Origin: an uncultured Nitrospiraceae bacterium
GTDB taxonomy: Bacteria; Nitrospirota; Thermodesulfovibrionia; Thermodesulfovibrionales; Dissulfurispiraceae
Assembly (NCBI GenBank): GCA_963727805.1
Contig: CAVSHF010000003.1
Coordinates: forward strand, 1,248,001-1,312,000
DNA length: 64,000 nt
Reading direction: 5' to 3'
The position numbers and the translations under genes are program-made. How positions within the stretch are numbered: the stretch's first letter is position 1; the number at the start of each line of letters is the position of its first letter. This document shows, piece by piece, positions 9,670 through 18,857 of the stretch. The notes under the pieces were generated by a model. That model searched no databases. It was not told where the DNA came from and saw only the letters and a list, made by a program, of their open reading frames with translations.

Positions 9670-11229
9670 ATGAAAAGAGGAAAAGTATACTTAATCGGCG
9701 CAGGTCCGGGAGACATCGGATTGTTTACGCTGAAAGGTCTCAGATACCTCAAAAAAGCGGAAGTGGTAGTTTACGATTTTCACCTCAACGCACAGATACT
9801 CAACTATATCGACCACGATGCCGATTTCATCTATGCAGGCAAGCGCGGCGGACATCATGCGATGACCCAAGACGAGATCAACCAGGCGCTTATCGATAAG
9901 GCAGCGGAAGGTAAGCTGGTCTGTAGGCTTAAAGGTGGAGACCCCTTCGTCTTCGGTCGTGGTGGCGAAGAGGCTGAAGCTCTTGTGAACGCGGGCATCG
10001 AGTATGAGCTGGTCCCCGGCGTAAGCTCCTCAATCGCGGCTCCCGCCTATGCGGGCATCCCACTCACCCACAGGAAATATTCGTCTTCCTTTGCGGTGAT
10101 CACCGGCAACGAAGATGCCGATAAAGGCGAAAGCACGCTCGACTGGCCACATCTTTCTAAAAGTTTCGATACACTCGTTTTTCTCATGGGGGTAAAAAAC
10201 CTACACCGGATTACCTCAAAGCTCCTCGATCACGGCAAGGCACCGGACACGCCGGTAGCTCTTGTACGATGGGGGACGAGGCCCGACCAGAAGACAGTTG
10301 TAGGGACGCTGATCGATATCGCCGACAAAGCCGTCACCGAAAATATAAGGCCGCCTGCCGTTATGATCGTCGGCAATGTGGTCAAGCTCCGGGAAACGTT
10401 GAAATGGTATGAGAAGAAACCGCTTTTCGGCCACCGGGTGCTCATCACCCGCGAGTATACCCCAGACTATGAGCCGCTTGAAGATCTTGGGGCGGAGGTG
10501 TTCGAGTTCCCAACAATAAAAACCGTACCACCAGAGGATTATTCGGCACTGGACAGCTCCATCGACATGATCGGGACCTATCACTGGCTTATCTTCACAA
10601 GCGCAAGCGGTTTCGGTTTTTTCGTGCGTCGGTTCATCGAGAGAGATAGGGACATCCGGGATCTGAAAGGGATAAAGATTTGCGCCATTGGAGCGAAGAC
10701 AGCTGAGGCAATCAGGCAATACGGACTAAAGGTAGATCTTGTCCCCGATGAGTTCAATGCAGAAGGACTTATTGCCGCGTTCATTAAAGAGGCCAGGGGA
10801 ACCGTACAGGATCCAAGATACAAGACATCCAACCTAGAGGGTCTACGGATGCTTCTGCCACGTGCCGAAAAGGCAAGGGAGCTCTTTCCCGAGCGGGTCA
10901 GAGAGCTTAACGGCGAAATCGACTGCCCCGCTACCTACCGCACTATAAAGCCTGAGAAGCATGGTAAGCGTCTTTATCGCTTTCTCAAGTCGGGCAGGAT
11001 TTCCGTCGCCACTTTCACAAGTGCTGCCACATTCACAAACTTCGTCGATATTATGGGGGGCGAAGCTTCCAATTTTCTTCAGGGTATTACTATCGCGGCG
11101 ATTGGACCAGTAACTGCGAAGGCGATAGAGTCAGCTGGGTTGAGAGTCTCAATAATACCCAAAGAGGCGACAATTAAGGCGATGGTAGAAGAAATCGTGC
11201 GCTGGGCGGGGACAGGGCTTAGAACATAA
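9670..11229 (+). CDS. cobA: Fused uroporphyrinogen-III C-methyltransferase / uroporphyrinogen-III synthase (CobA-HemD)
   Basis: GAGPGD, RLKGGDPFVFGRGGEE; HemD domain with IFTS, AIG.KTA, TFTSAAT, AIGPVT. Confidence 0.93.
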   Translation: MKRGKVYLIGAGPGDIGLFTLKGLRYLKKAEVVVYDFHLNAQILNYIDHDADFIYAGKRGGHHAMTQDEINQALIDKAAEGKLVCRLKGGDPFVFGRGGEEAEALVNAGIEYELVPGVSSSIAAPAYAGIPLTHRKYSSSFAVITGNEDADKGESTLDWPHLSKSFDTLVFLMGVKNLHRITSKLLDHGKAPDTPVALVRWGTRPDQKTVVGTLIDIADKAVTENIRPPAVMIVGNVVKLRETLKWYEKKPLFGHRVLITREYTPDYEPLEDLGAEVFEFPTIKTVPPEDYSALDSSIDMIGTYHWLIFTSASGFGFFVRRFIERDRDIRDLKGIKICAIGAKTAEAIRQYGLKVDLVPDEFNAEGLIAAFIKEARGTVQDPRYKTSNLEGLRMLLPRAEKARELFPERVRELNGEIDCPATYRTIKPEKHGKRLYRFLKSGRISVATFTSAATFTNFVDIMGGEASNFLQGITIAAIGPVTAKAIESAGLRVSIIPKEATIKAMVEEIVRWAGTGLRT

Positions 11230-11375
11230 GCCAAGATCATCGACCACAGCCTACAGAAAGTGCCCCCCCTCCCGAATCCACTGGTTCAGCTCTATGCACT
11301 CGTCGAGTATGAAGTTATTCACAAAAAAGTGCATGTCTTCTGCACGTTCTAGTAACAGAATACTAATGACACTCC

Positions 11376-12281
11376 TTATAACATGCTTCCCTTTCCGAAC
11401 AATCTGCAATCCTCGCATTTCTTTGCGCTGCATACCTTTGAGATACCCTGGTGGCAGAGGGCGAAATCATATTTCAATGGGTCTTCGAAATCAAGCTTTT
11501 TCAAAGATTCTGTAATCTCGACGGCCATCTTCCAGTCCTGCGAAGACCTTGTCGTGAGGCTGAGACACTTGCCAATCCTCGCTATGTGCGTGTCGAGAGG
11601 TATGATAAGTTTGTTCTTTGGAATACCTTTCCAAATGCCAAAGTCAATGTCCGTGTCCCGTATCATCCATCGCAGATAAAGGTTCATCCGCTTGCAGGCA
11701 CTACCCTTGATGGGCGAAGGAATGAGTTGAAGAAGGCCTGAAGGTTTGATGTCGCTACCATAAACGGGCGACGTATCCGTCGCTATAAGGATCTCTATCA
11801 ATCCCGAGAGAGCTTTCCCGATGTCCACGTCGTCGGAACCATACCGTTTTTTGAATGCGGTCTCAATGGAGCCATGCTTCTTGATGAGTTCGTGGAGTGT
11901 GAAGAAAAAGGCGATGATATCATCGTTCTCATTGAAGCGGTATTTTATTCCGAGAAAGAGTCTGCGGTGTTTTTTGATAGCGAAATTGCGGATAAACCCA
12001 AATGGACTTTCGCCCATTCGGGAGAGCAGTGTCCCCACAATAGGCTTGAAGAGATTGACGTTGCCGTAGGCGAAAGCAGCCGCAATGAATCCCGCTATTT
12101 CCTTGTCTTCCGACCTCTGGTAAGCATGAGGAAATGAGATGGGATCGCGGACAATGGTCCCAGTGAAATCGAAATCATGATAGAATTCATCAAGTATGTG
12201 TTTCAGATTGGAGACTGTTTTAGATGTCACAGTGAAGTATACCCGATTCTCCTCTCCACCCGCATGCTCAAAAGGAAGCAC
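11376..12281 (-). CDS. TIGR02757/DUF2400-family protein (start uncertain)
   Basis: DPISFPH.Y, AYGNV, SACKRMNLYLRWMIR, DFGIW, IPLDTHI, DPLKYDFAL. Confidence 0.85.
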   Translation of the reverse strand: MLPFEHAGGEENRVYFTVTSKTVSNLKHILDEFYHDFDFTGTIVRDPISFPHAYQRSEDKEIAGFIAAAFAYGNVNLFKPIVGTLLSRMGESPFGFIRNFAIKKHRRLFLGIKYRFNENDDIIAFFFTLHELIKKHGSIETAFKKRYGSDDVDIGKALSGLIEILIATDTSPVYGSDIKPSGLLQLIPSPIKGSACKRMNLYLRWMIRDTDIDFGIWKGIPKNKLIIPLDTHIARIGKCLSLTTRSSQDWKMAVEITESLKKLDFEDPLKYDFALCHQGISKVCSAKKCEDCRLFGKGSML

Positions 12282-12352
12282 TTGTGGAGCAGAGATGAGA
12301 CTTTAAGCTTCTTTCTTAATATTGACATCCCAATAATCGAGCCCTTGCAGCT

Positions 12353-12760
12353 ATTATTCCAAACAGTCGGAATCTTCCGCCCTATTAACCCAAACCCTGA
12401 TGACGATCTTCCTGAAATCCACTTGACTGCCTTCGTACGAGGTGAGAATACTCAGAAACTCAAACCCGTGTTTTCTGAAAACATCGGCCACTTCCCTGAT
12501 CTTCCCTTCTCGAGAAGATAATGGAGCTCATAGAAATCGTCCGTCGTCGCCTTTAATGGCATGAATTCCCTAATGTCCCTGTCCGTTACGATCCCTATCA
12601 TCTGGTCGCACCCCTCAACCGAAAGATGACTCACCTCATTCTCTCGCATAGTAAGCATAACCGAGGAGATACTTTCGTCAGCGCCATGCTGAGCCCGACA
12701 AAGGTAGAGATCGCCGAGAAGCATCCTGGCGATCAAGGTCTGCAGAAAAGTCCAATCTAT
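12353..12760 (-). pseudogene. Chimeric scar: livH N-terminal remnant + AcuB-type CBS and ACT remnants
   Basis: (I)DWTFLQTLIARMLLGDLY; then GIVTDRDIREFMPLKATTDDFYELHYLLEK; after frameshift GKIREVADVFRKHG..LSILTSYE..FRKIVIRV. Confidence 0.7.
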
Positions 12761-12786
12761 GGTGCCACCACCGGTGCGTCTTGAGT

Positions 12787-13968
12787 CTATCTTCTGTCTC
12801 TCCATGCCGGCATCGGATAGATGTAATTCTTGGTGGCGTATTTCACAGGCCAGATCAGCTCATACTTGCCATTCTGGACCTGAAGCGCGAAAGTCTCATG
12901 GAAATTCTGATTCTGGTATCCATCTCTGTCCTCGAATTTCACACGACCAAACGCTGTCATTATACTGGTCGCCTTGAGCGCCGCACGGATGTCTTCGGTA
13001 TTCCAGCTCTTCGCCTTCTCAAGTGCATTCTTGACAACAAAGAGTGCAGCATATGCCGATGCCCCATGATAAGACGGATAGTCACCGAATCTAGTCTTGT
13101 ACTTGTTAGCAAACTCATGCGCACCCGGATAGTTAAGCTGATAAAACCACAGGGTTGCCGTGATGACATATTCCGCTGCATCCTTCGCATTATTGATGAA
13201 CTCGGGGATGGTAAATCCAGCAGCACCGCCGGTATAGAGCTTAGCATCAACACGTAGTTCCTTGATCTGCTTCATCAGCAACGCTGCATCCATTACATAC
13301 GAAACCATATAGATGACGTCCGGATTAGCAGCCTTTACTGTCAAGAGAATCGGCTTGAAGTCAATCGTGCCTTTCTCATATTTCTCTTTCACCAGAACCT
13401 TGATATGCAGCTTTTTGGCCTGTCTCTCCATGTCTTCTGACGCGGAGGTACCGAAGTTGGTGCTCTCGTAAATAATCGCCATTGTCTTGGGCTTGACGAC
13501 TTCAGTCATGAATGAGATTACCGCATCAGTATAATGGTTGTTTGTGGCGTTCTGGCGAAAAACGTATTTATAGTGCTTCTGCGTGATTTCGTCTGCAGCA
13601 CTTGCAACAACCAGGTATGGCGTCTTCCATTCTTCAGCGACAGCAGCAACAGCCTTGGCGCAGGATGACGTGTATTCGCCGATAATTATTGGTTGCTTAT
13701 TCCTGATAAGTTTTTCGACAATTGCGCGCGCAGTTTCGGGCTTCGCCTCGGAGTCCTCGAACCGTAAAGTCAGGCGTTTACCCTTGATGCCGCCCTTGGC
13801 ATTGATTTCTTCGGCGGCAATCTCATAGGACCGTTTCTGAATCTCACCGACTTTAGCCTCGGACCCCGTCAACGGCAGCGGAATGGAAAGTTTGAGGTCG
13901 GCTGCATAGATTTGAGCAGCATAAAGCACTAAAAACAATATGATCGCAAGGATAAAAGAACGTTTCAT
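12787..13968 (-). CDS. Branched-chain amino acid ABC substrate-binding protein (LivK/LivJ family)
   Basis: Signal peptide, PLTGSEA, EEINAKGGIKG, GEYTSS, YVFR; AGGAG RBS. Confidence 0.9.
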   Translation of the reverse strand: MKRSFILAIILFLVLYAAQIYAADLKLSIPLPLTGSEAKVGEIQKRSYEIAAEEINAKGGIKGKRLTLRFEDSEAKPETARAIVEKLIRNKQPIIIGEYTSSCAKAVAAVAEEWKTPYLVVASAADEITQKHYKYVFRQNATNNHYTDAVISFMTEVVKPKTMAIIYESTNFGTSASEDMERQAKKLHIKVLVKEKYEKGTIDFKPILLTVKAANPDVIYMVSYVMDAALLMKQIKELRVDAKLYTGGAAGFTIPEFINNAKDAAEYVITATLWFYQLNYPGAHEFANKYKTRFGDYPSYHGASAYAALFVVKNALEKAKSWNTEDIRAALKATSIMTAFGRVKFEDRDGYQNQNFHETFALQVQNGKYELIWPVKYATKNYIYPMPAWRDRR

Positions 13969-14110
13969 CGAACTCTCCTGTTCAATACGCTCATAAGCAA
14001 AATATATTCACAATCTGGCACAACCACAGTTTATGGATCGTTCGTAAAGATGCTTTTGGGGAACTTCTGAAACTTGCTTCTACCTTATTGCTCATGGAAT
14101 CACAGGTTAT

Positions 14111-14138
14111 ACTATATAGAGCTTTTGCCCCATGTCAA
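14111..14138 (-). promoter_or_regulatory. Putative sigma70 promoter for the livK-like gene
   Basis: TTGACA-16 nt-TATAGT on minus strand. Confidence 0.5.
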
Positions 14139-14199
14139 GAACTCGAATAAACAGCCTCCCCTGAAGTCACAATGACAGCATGGCACTGCATTGCCACTA

Positions 14200-14215
14200 C
14201 GGCACCAAAATTGCA
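14200..14215 (+). promoter_or_regulatory. Putative sigma54 (-24/-12) promoter of the nuo operon
   Basis: CGGCACCAAAATTGCA: GG-N10-GC with GGCAC and TTGCA, ~60 nt before nuoA ATG. Confidence 0.5.
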
Positions 14216-14275
14216 AGTCCCTCCTTTCGTTGTTAGACTGATACTCATGTGTATATACCATACAGTGAGGTGACC

Positions 14276-14677
14276 ATGGGTCGGCAGCCGCTCTGGCCTT
14301 TTGTCGTCTATACCATCGCCGTTATTTTTATCTCGGCAGCGATGATCATCGCTTCATATCTGCTTGGGCAGCGGCACCGCGAGAATGATACGGAGGAACC
14401 TTACGAATCAGGCATCCTTGCCACCGGTTCGGCCCGGATGAGGTTTGACATTAAGTTTTACATGATCGCCATGTTCTTCATCATCTTCGACCTCGAATCG
14501 GTCTTCATCTTCGCCTGGTCCGTGTCCTTATTCGAAGCAGGCTGGTCGGGCTATTTAGGGATGCTATTCTTTATTGGCGTCCTCATGGTAATGCTGATTT
14601 ATTTGTGGAGAATCGGCGCTCTGGAATGGGGCCCGAAAAAAAGAATAACAGTAACGATTCAGAAAAGGCAGTTCTGA
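14276..14677 (+). CDS. nuoA: NADH-quinone oxidoreductase subunit A
   Basis: [25 protein letters not shown]. Confidence 0.95.
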   Translation: MGRQPLWPFVVYTIAVIFISAAMIIASYLLGQRHRENDTEEPYESGILATGSARMRFDIKFYMIAMFFIIFDLESVFIFAWSVSLFEAGWSGYLGMLFFIGVLMVMLIYLWRIGALEWGPKKRITVTIQKRQF

Positions 14678-14679
14678 CA

Positions 14680-15300
14680 ATGGACACCATGCCCGCCGGG
14701 ACCGGCAATCTGGGACAATCCATAGATGATACGGTCGGGAAAGTACTCATACTTTCACGCCTGCAGGACCTGCTCGCCTGGGGCCGCAAGAATTCCCTCT
14801 GGCCCTTCAATTTCGGACTTTCGTGTTGTTTCGTAGAGATGGCGACTAGTCTGACAAGCAAGTACGATATCGCCCGCTTCGGCGCGGAGGTGATACGCGG
14901 TACGCCCCGCGAAGCGGATGTGATGATCATAGCAGGCACCGTTTTCATCAAGATTGCCCCGGTAATCAAGCGCCTCTATCACCAGATGATGGAGCCGCGC
15001 TGGGTGATATCAATGGGATCCTGCGCGAACTCAGGCGGGATGTACGATATCTACAGCGTAGTCCAGGGGGTGGACAAGTTTCTCCCGGTGGATGTTTACG
15101 TGCCGGGATGCCCTCCCAGGCCCGATGCATTCATAGAGGGGCTGCTCCTTTTGCAGAAGGCAGTCGGCTCCGAAAGAAGACCACTCAGCTGGGTGGCCGG
15201 TCCGCAGGGCATTCAAAAGACGCCCGCTCCCTCGATGCGTGATCTACTGCGGAACGAGCGAATGAAGGTCGTCGACCTGAGATCTCCGGATGAAGTATGA
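14680..15300 (+). CDS. nuoB: NADH-quinone oxidoreductase subunit B
   Basis: [28 protein letters not shown]. Confidence 0.96.
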   Translation: MDTMPAGTGNLGQSIDDTVGKVLILSRLQDLLAWGRKNSLWPFNFGLSCCFVEMATSLTSKYDIARFGAEVIRGTPREADVMIIAGTVFIKIAPVIKRLYHQMMEPRWVISMGSCANSGGMYDIYSVVQGVDKFLPVDVYVPGCPPRPDAFIEGLLLLQKAVGSERRPLSWVAGPQGIQKTPAPSMRDLLRNERMKVVDLRSPDEV

Positions 15301-15306
15301 GGCATC

Positions 15307-17067
15307 ATGACTGAAACAGCAGCAGTGATTGGTGAACTCCAAAGCGCATTCGGCAGCAACAGCGTCATCCCCCAAGAAACGCGGGACGATATCCCGACTG
15401 CCTGGATATCACAGGACAAGGCGAGGGATATTCTCCGTCATCTGAAGACAGAAATCGAGCACCCATATGAAATGCTGTACGATCTTACGGCCGTAGACGA
15501 GCGGGCTCGCGTCCGCCTGCCCGACCCCCAGATGTCACGTCCGAAGCATGATTTCACTGTCGTGTATCACCTCCTGTCATTCGGGAGAAACGAGGACGTT
15601 AGGATCAAGGTCCCGCTCAAGGGCGATTCTCCTTCCATCAAGAGCATTGTCGACATCTGGCCTGCTGCGAACTGGTATGAGCGCGAGGCGTGGGACATGT
15701 TCGGGATCACCTTCGAAGGCCACCCGATCCTCAGGCGTATCCTGATGCCGGACTATTGGCAAGGTCATCCTCTTCGCAAAGACCATGCCTCACGCGCTAC
15801 TGACATGGAACCCTTCAGCCTTCCCGATGATATGGAGACTCTTCGTCAGAAAGAACTTCAGTTCCGTCCCGAGGAGTGGGGTCTTAAAAGAAATCTCCGG
15901 GACACGGACGTGATGTTTTTGAATCTTGGTCCGCAGCATCCCGGCACACATGGACTTCTACGGGTGATCCTGGAACTGGACGGGGAAGAGATCATAGACT
16001 CCACGCTTGATATCGGTTACCACCATCGGGGCGCGGAGAAGATGGGTGAAAGACAGTCGTGGCATACATATATCCCTTATACGGACCGGATAGATTACCT
16101 GGGCGGAGTGATGAATAATCTCGCCTATGTCCTTTCAGTCGAGAAGCTTGCGGGGATCGAAGTGCCCGGCAGGGCGAAGGTAATACGTGTCATGCTTTCG
16201 GAGCTTTTCCGCATTGCAAGCCATCTTGTTTGGTACGGGACGTTCGCCCAGGATGTCGGCGCGCTATCTCCTGTCTTTTACATGTTCACCGATAGGGAGC
16301 ACGTCTTCGACATCATTGCCGCGATTTGCGGAGGCAGGATGCACCCTAACTGGTTCAGGATAGGCGGTGTGGCCCAGGACCTTCCAAGTGGCTGGGACAG
16401 GCTGGTTACGGAATTCCTCGACTACATGCCTGCGCGGCTTGCTGAGTATGACAGGATCGTAATGGGCAATCAGATCTTCAAAGCGAGGACCAAAGGGATC
16501 GGATGCTATACAAAAGAGGAAGCTGTCGAATGGGGCATTACGGGACCGGGCCTGCGCGCCTGCGGCCTGCAATGGGACTTCAGGAAGAAAAGGCCGTACT
16601 CCGGTTATGACCAGTTCGAATTCGACATCCCAACGGCCTTAAACGGCGACTGTTACGACAGAGGAGTCGTTCGCGTAGAAGAGATGCGCCAGAGCCTTCG
16701 CATTATCAGGCAGTGTCTCGACAACATGCCGGGCGGCCCTTACAAGGCGCTCCATCCATCCGCCACACCCCCCATAAAGGACCGCACCATGCACGATATC
16801 GAAACGTTGATCGATCATTTCCTCGGGGTCAGCTGGGGGCCTGTGATTCCGTCGGGAGAGGCGAGTGTCGGGATCGAAGCGACCAAAGGGATCAACAGCT
16901 ATTATCTAATCAGCGACGGCAGCACTGTGCCTTACCGGGTAAGGATCCGTACGCCCTCTTTCCCTCACCTCCAGATGGTGCCGCTAATATGTCGTGGCTT
17001 GATGATACCCGATCTCATGGCCATTTTGGGAAGCATAGATTTCGTGCTTGCGGATGTAGACAGATGA
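15307..17067 (+). CDS. nuoCD: Fused NADH-quinone oxidoreductase subunit C/D
   Basis: [40 protein letters not shown], terminal DVDR. Confidence 0.96.
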   Translation: MTETAAVIGELQSAFGSNSVIPQETRDDIPTAWISQDKARDILRHLKTEIEHPYEMLYDLTAVDERARVRLPDPQMSRPKHDFTVVYHLLSFGRNEDVRIKVPLKGDSPSIKSIVDIWPAANWYEREAWDMFGITFEGHPILRRILMPDYWQGHPLRKDHASRATDMEPFSLPDDMETLRQKELQFRPEEWGLKRNLRDTDVMFLNLGPQHPGTHGLLRVILELDGEEIIDSTLDIGYHHRGAEKMGERQSWHTYIPYTDRIDYLGGVMNNLAYVLSVEKLAGIEVPGRAKVIRVMLSELFRIASHLVWYGTFAQDVGALSPVFYMFTDREHVFDIIAAICGGRMHPNWFRIGGVAQDLPSGWDRLVTEFLDYMPARLAEYDRIVMGNQIFKARTKGIGCYTKEEAVEWGITGPGLRACGLQWDFRKKRPYSGYDQFEFDIPTALNGDCYDRGVVRVEEMRQSLRIIRQCLDNMPGGPYKALHPSATPPIKDRTMHDIETLIDHFLGVSWGPVIPSGEASVGIEATKGINSYYLISDGSTVPYRVRIRTPSFPHLQMVPLICRGLMIPDLMAILGSIDFVLADVDR

Positions 17068-17074
17068 GGCAGGA

Positions 17075-17536
17075 ATGATCACACAGGAAGAAAAACGAGA
17101 AATCGATGACGAGATAAAAAAGGCACCAACGAAAAAGGCGGCGGTCATCGATGTACTGAAGATCATGCAGAAACATCGGGGCTGGGTCACGGATAATGTC
17201 ATTGAAGAGGCGGCTGAACTGCTCGGCATGACGCCTGCCGAGGTTGACAGTATTGCCACTTTTTTCTCTCTTATTTTCCGCAGGCCTGTCGGCAAACATG
17301 TCATCCTCGTCTGCGACAGTGTAAGTTGCTGGCTTGTCGGGTATGAAGACATTAAGGACCACCTAATGAAACGGCTCGGCATATCGTTGGGCGAGACAAC
17401 AAAGGACGGCAGATTCACACTCCTGTCCTCAGCTTGCCTTGGCCTATGCGAAGAGGCCCCGGCGATGATGATAGATGAGAACCTCTTTACGAAACTGACC
17501 ACGTCTCTCGTGGACGAGATACTCGGAAGATATTGA
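17075..17536 (+). CDS. nuoE: NADH-quinone oxidoreductase subunit E
   Basis: VCDSVSC...CLGLC [2Fe-2S] motif. Confidence 0.95.
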   Translation: MITQEEKREIDDEIKKAPTKKAAVIDVLKIMQKHRGWVTDNVIEEAAELLGMTPAEVDSIATFFSLIFRRPVGKHVILVCDSVSCWLVGYEDIKDHLMKRLGISLGETTKDGRFTLLSSACLGLCEEAPAMMIDENLFTKLTTSLVDEILGRY

Positions 17537-18834
17537 TGGAAATGATAAACGAAAAACCTCTCACGAAAAATTTTCGCCCCAACGGGACTCCCTGCAATCT
17601 AAAAGAGTACGAACAATCGGGCGGCTACCGCGGTCTCCGTAAGGCCCTCGCAGACCACGACCATGAGGAGGTCATCGACATGGTCGTACGGGCGAACCTT
17701 CTTGGCAGAGGCGGCGCCGGGTTCCCGGCGGGCAAGAAGTGGAGCCTCGTACCGATGGGAGAAAATGTCCCCCGCCCGAAATATGTAGTCTGCAATTTCG
17801 ACGAGATGGAGCCGGGCAGCTTCAAGGATAGATTCCTTGCCGAGGGAGACCCACATCAACTCATCGAAGGGCTGATCCTGGCGGGTTACGCAATCGAGGC
17901 CGAAATAGGTTATATCTTCATCCGCAAGGACTATGTGAAGGCCGCCCGGATATTGAACGCGGCAATAGCGGAAGCTTACACTAATCATTACCTCGGCAGC
18001 AATATCTTCGGCTCCGGTTTCAATTACGAACTTCATCTCCATGTAAGCGCGGGCCGATACATCTGCGGGGAATCGAGTGCCCTGTTGAACGCCCTCGAAG
18101 GCGGCCGCGCAATACCCAGAAGCAGGCCGCCCCATATGTCTTCTATGGGTCTATGGGGAAAGCCGACAGTCGTCAACAATGTCGAGACGATTTGCAATGT
18201 GCCACACATAGTCGCAAACGGCCCCGAATGGTTCAGGGAACTCAGTTATACGGAGGAAGGTGGCACTAAAATCTATGGAGTCAGCGGTAGGGTCAAAAGG
18301 CCGGGCGCATGGGAGCTACCGGTGGGCACACCCCTGAGAGAAATACTTGAAAAACACGCCGGCGGAATGCAGGATGGCTTCAAGTTTCGTGGGGCGCTTC
18401 CCGGTGGCGCGTCTAGCAACTTCGTGATCGACGAGCACCTCGATACGAGGATGGACTTTGCCTCGATGAAAAGGGTACAGAGCCATTTCGGTACTGGCAC
18501 GGTCATCGTCCTTGACGACGGCAACTGTCCTGTCGGCATGGTATTGAACCTCCAGAGATATTTCGCCCGCGAATCCTGCGGTTGGTGCACTCCCTGCCGG
18601 GAGGGACTTCCCTGGATCGTCCATGTCCTTGAAGCGCTTGAAGAAGGAAGCGGCACGCCGGAGGATATCGAAATGCTCGAATCACATACGAAACTGCTCA
18701 AGACTGGAAATACTTTCTGCACCCTTGCGCCTGCGGCGATGTTTTCTCTCGAAAGCGCCCTGCGTCACTTCAGAGAGGATTTTGAGCAGCATATACGCAT
18801 GAAAAGATGTTCATATCGCTTAGGGGCGGGATAA
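17536..18834 (+). CDS. nuoF: NAD(P)H-binding flavoprotein subunit F
   Basis: GRGGAGFP, DEMEPG.FKDR, YICGES, NNVET, ESCGWCTPCREG. Confidence 0.96.
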   Translation: MEMINEKPLTKNFRPNGTPCNLKEYEQSGGYRGLRKALADHDHEEVIDMVVRANLLGRGGAGFPAGKKWSLVPMGENVPRPKYVVCNFDEMEPGSFKDRFLAEGDPHQLIEGLILAGYAIEAEIGYIFIRKDYVKAARILNAAIAEAYTNHYLGSNIFGSGFNYELHLHVSAGRYICGESSALLNALEGGRAIPRSRPPHMSSMGLWGKPTVVNNVETICNVPHIVANGPEWFRELSYTEEGGTKIYGVSGRVKRPGAWELPVGTPLREILEKHAGGMQDGFKFRGALPGGASSNFVIDEHLDTRMDFASMKRVQSHFGTGTVIVLDDGNCPVGMVLNLQRYFARESCGWCTPCREGLPWIVHVLEALEEGSGTPEDIEMLESHTKLLKTGNTFCTLAPAAMFSLESALRHFREDFEQHIRMKRCSYRLGAG

Positions 18835-18846
18835 CCTCGTCCCTAC
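18821..18846. repeat. Degenerate GTAG-family REP-like palindrome
   Basis: TAGGGGCG-GGATAACCT-CGTCCCTAC; contains the nuoF stop codon. Confidence 0.55.
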
Positions 18847-18857
18847 CAAAACAATTA

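Noticed and set aside
14181..14195. TGGCAC..TTGC as sigma54 promoter
   Set aside because: GG-GC spacing is 9 nt, not 10; kept only as a palindrome
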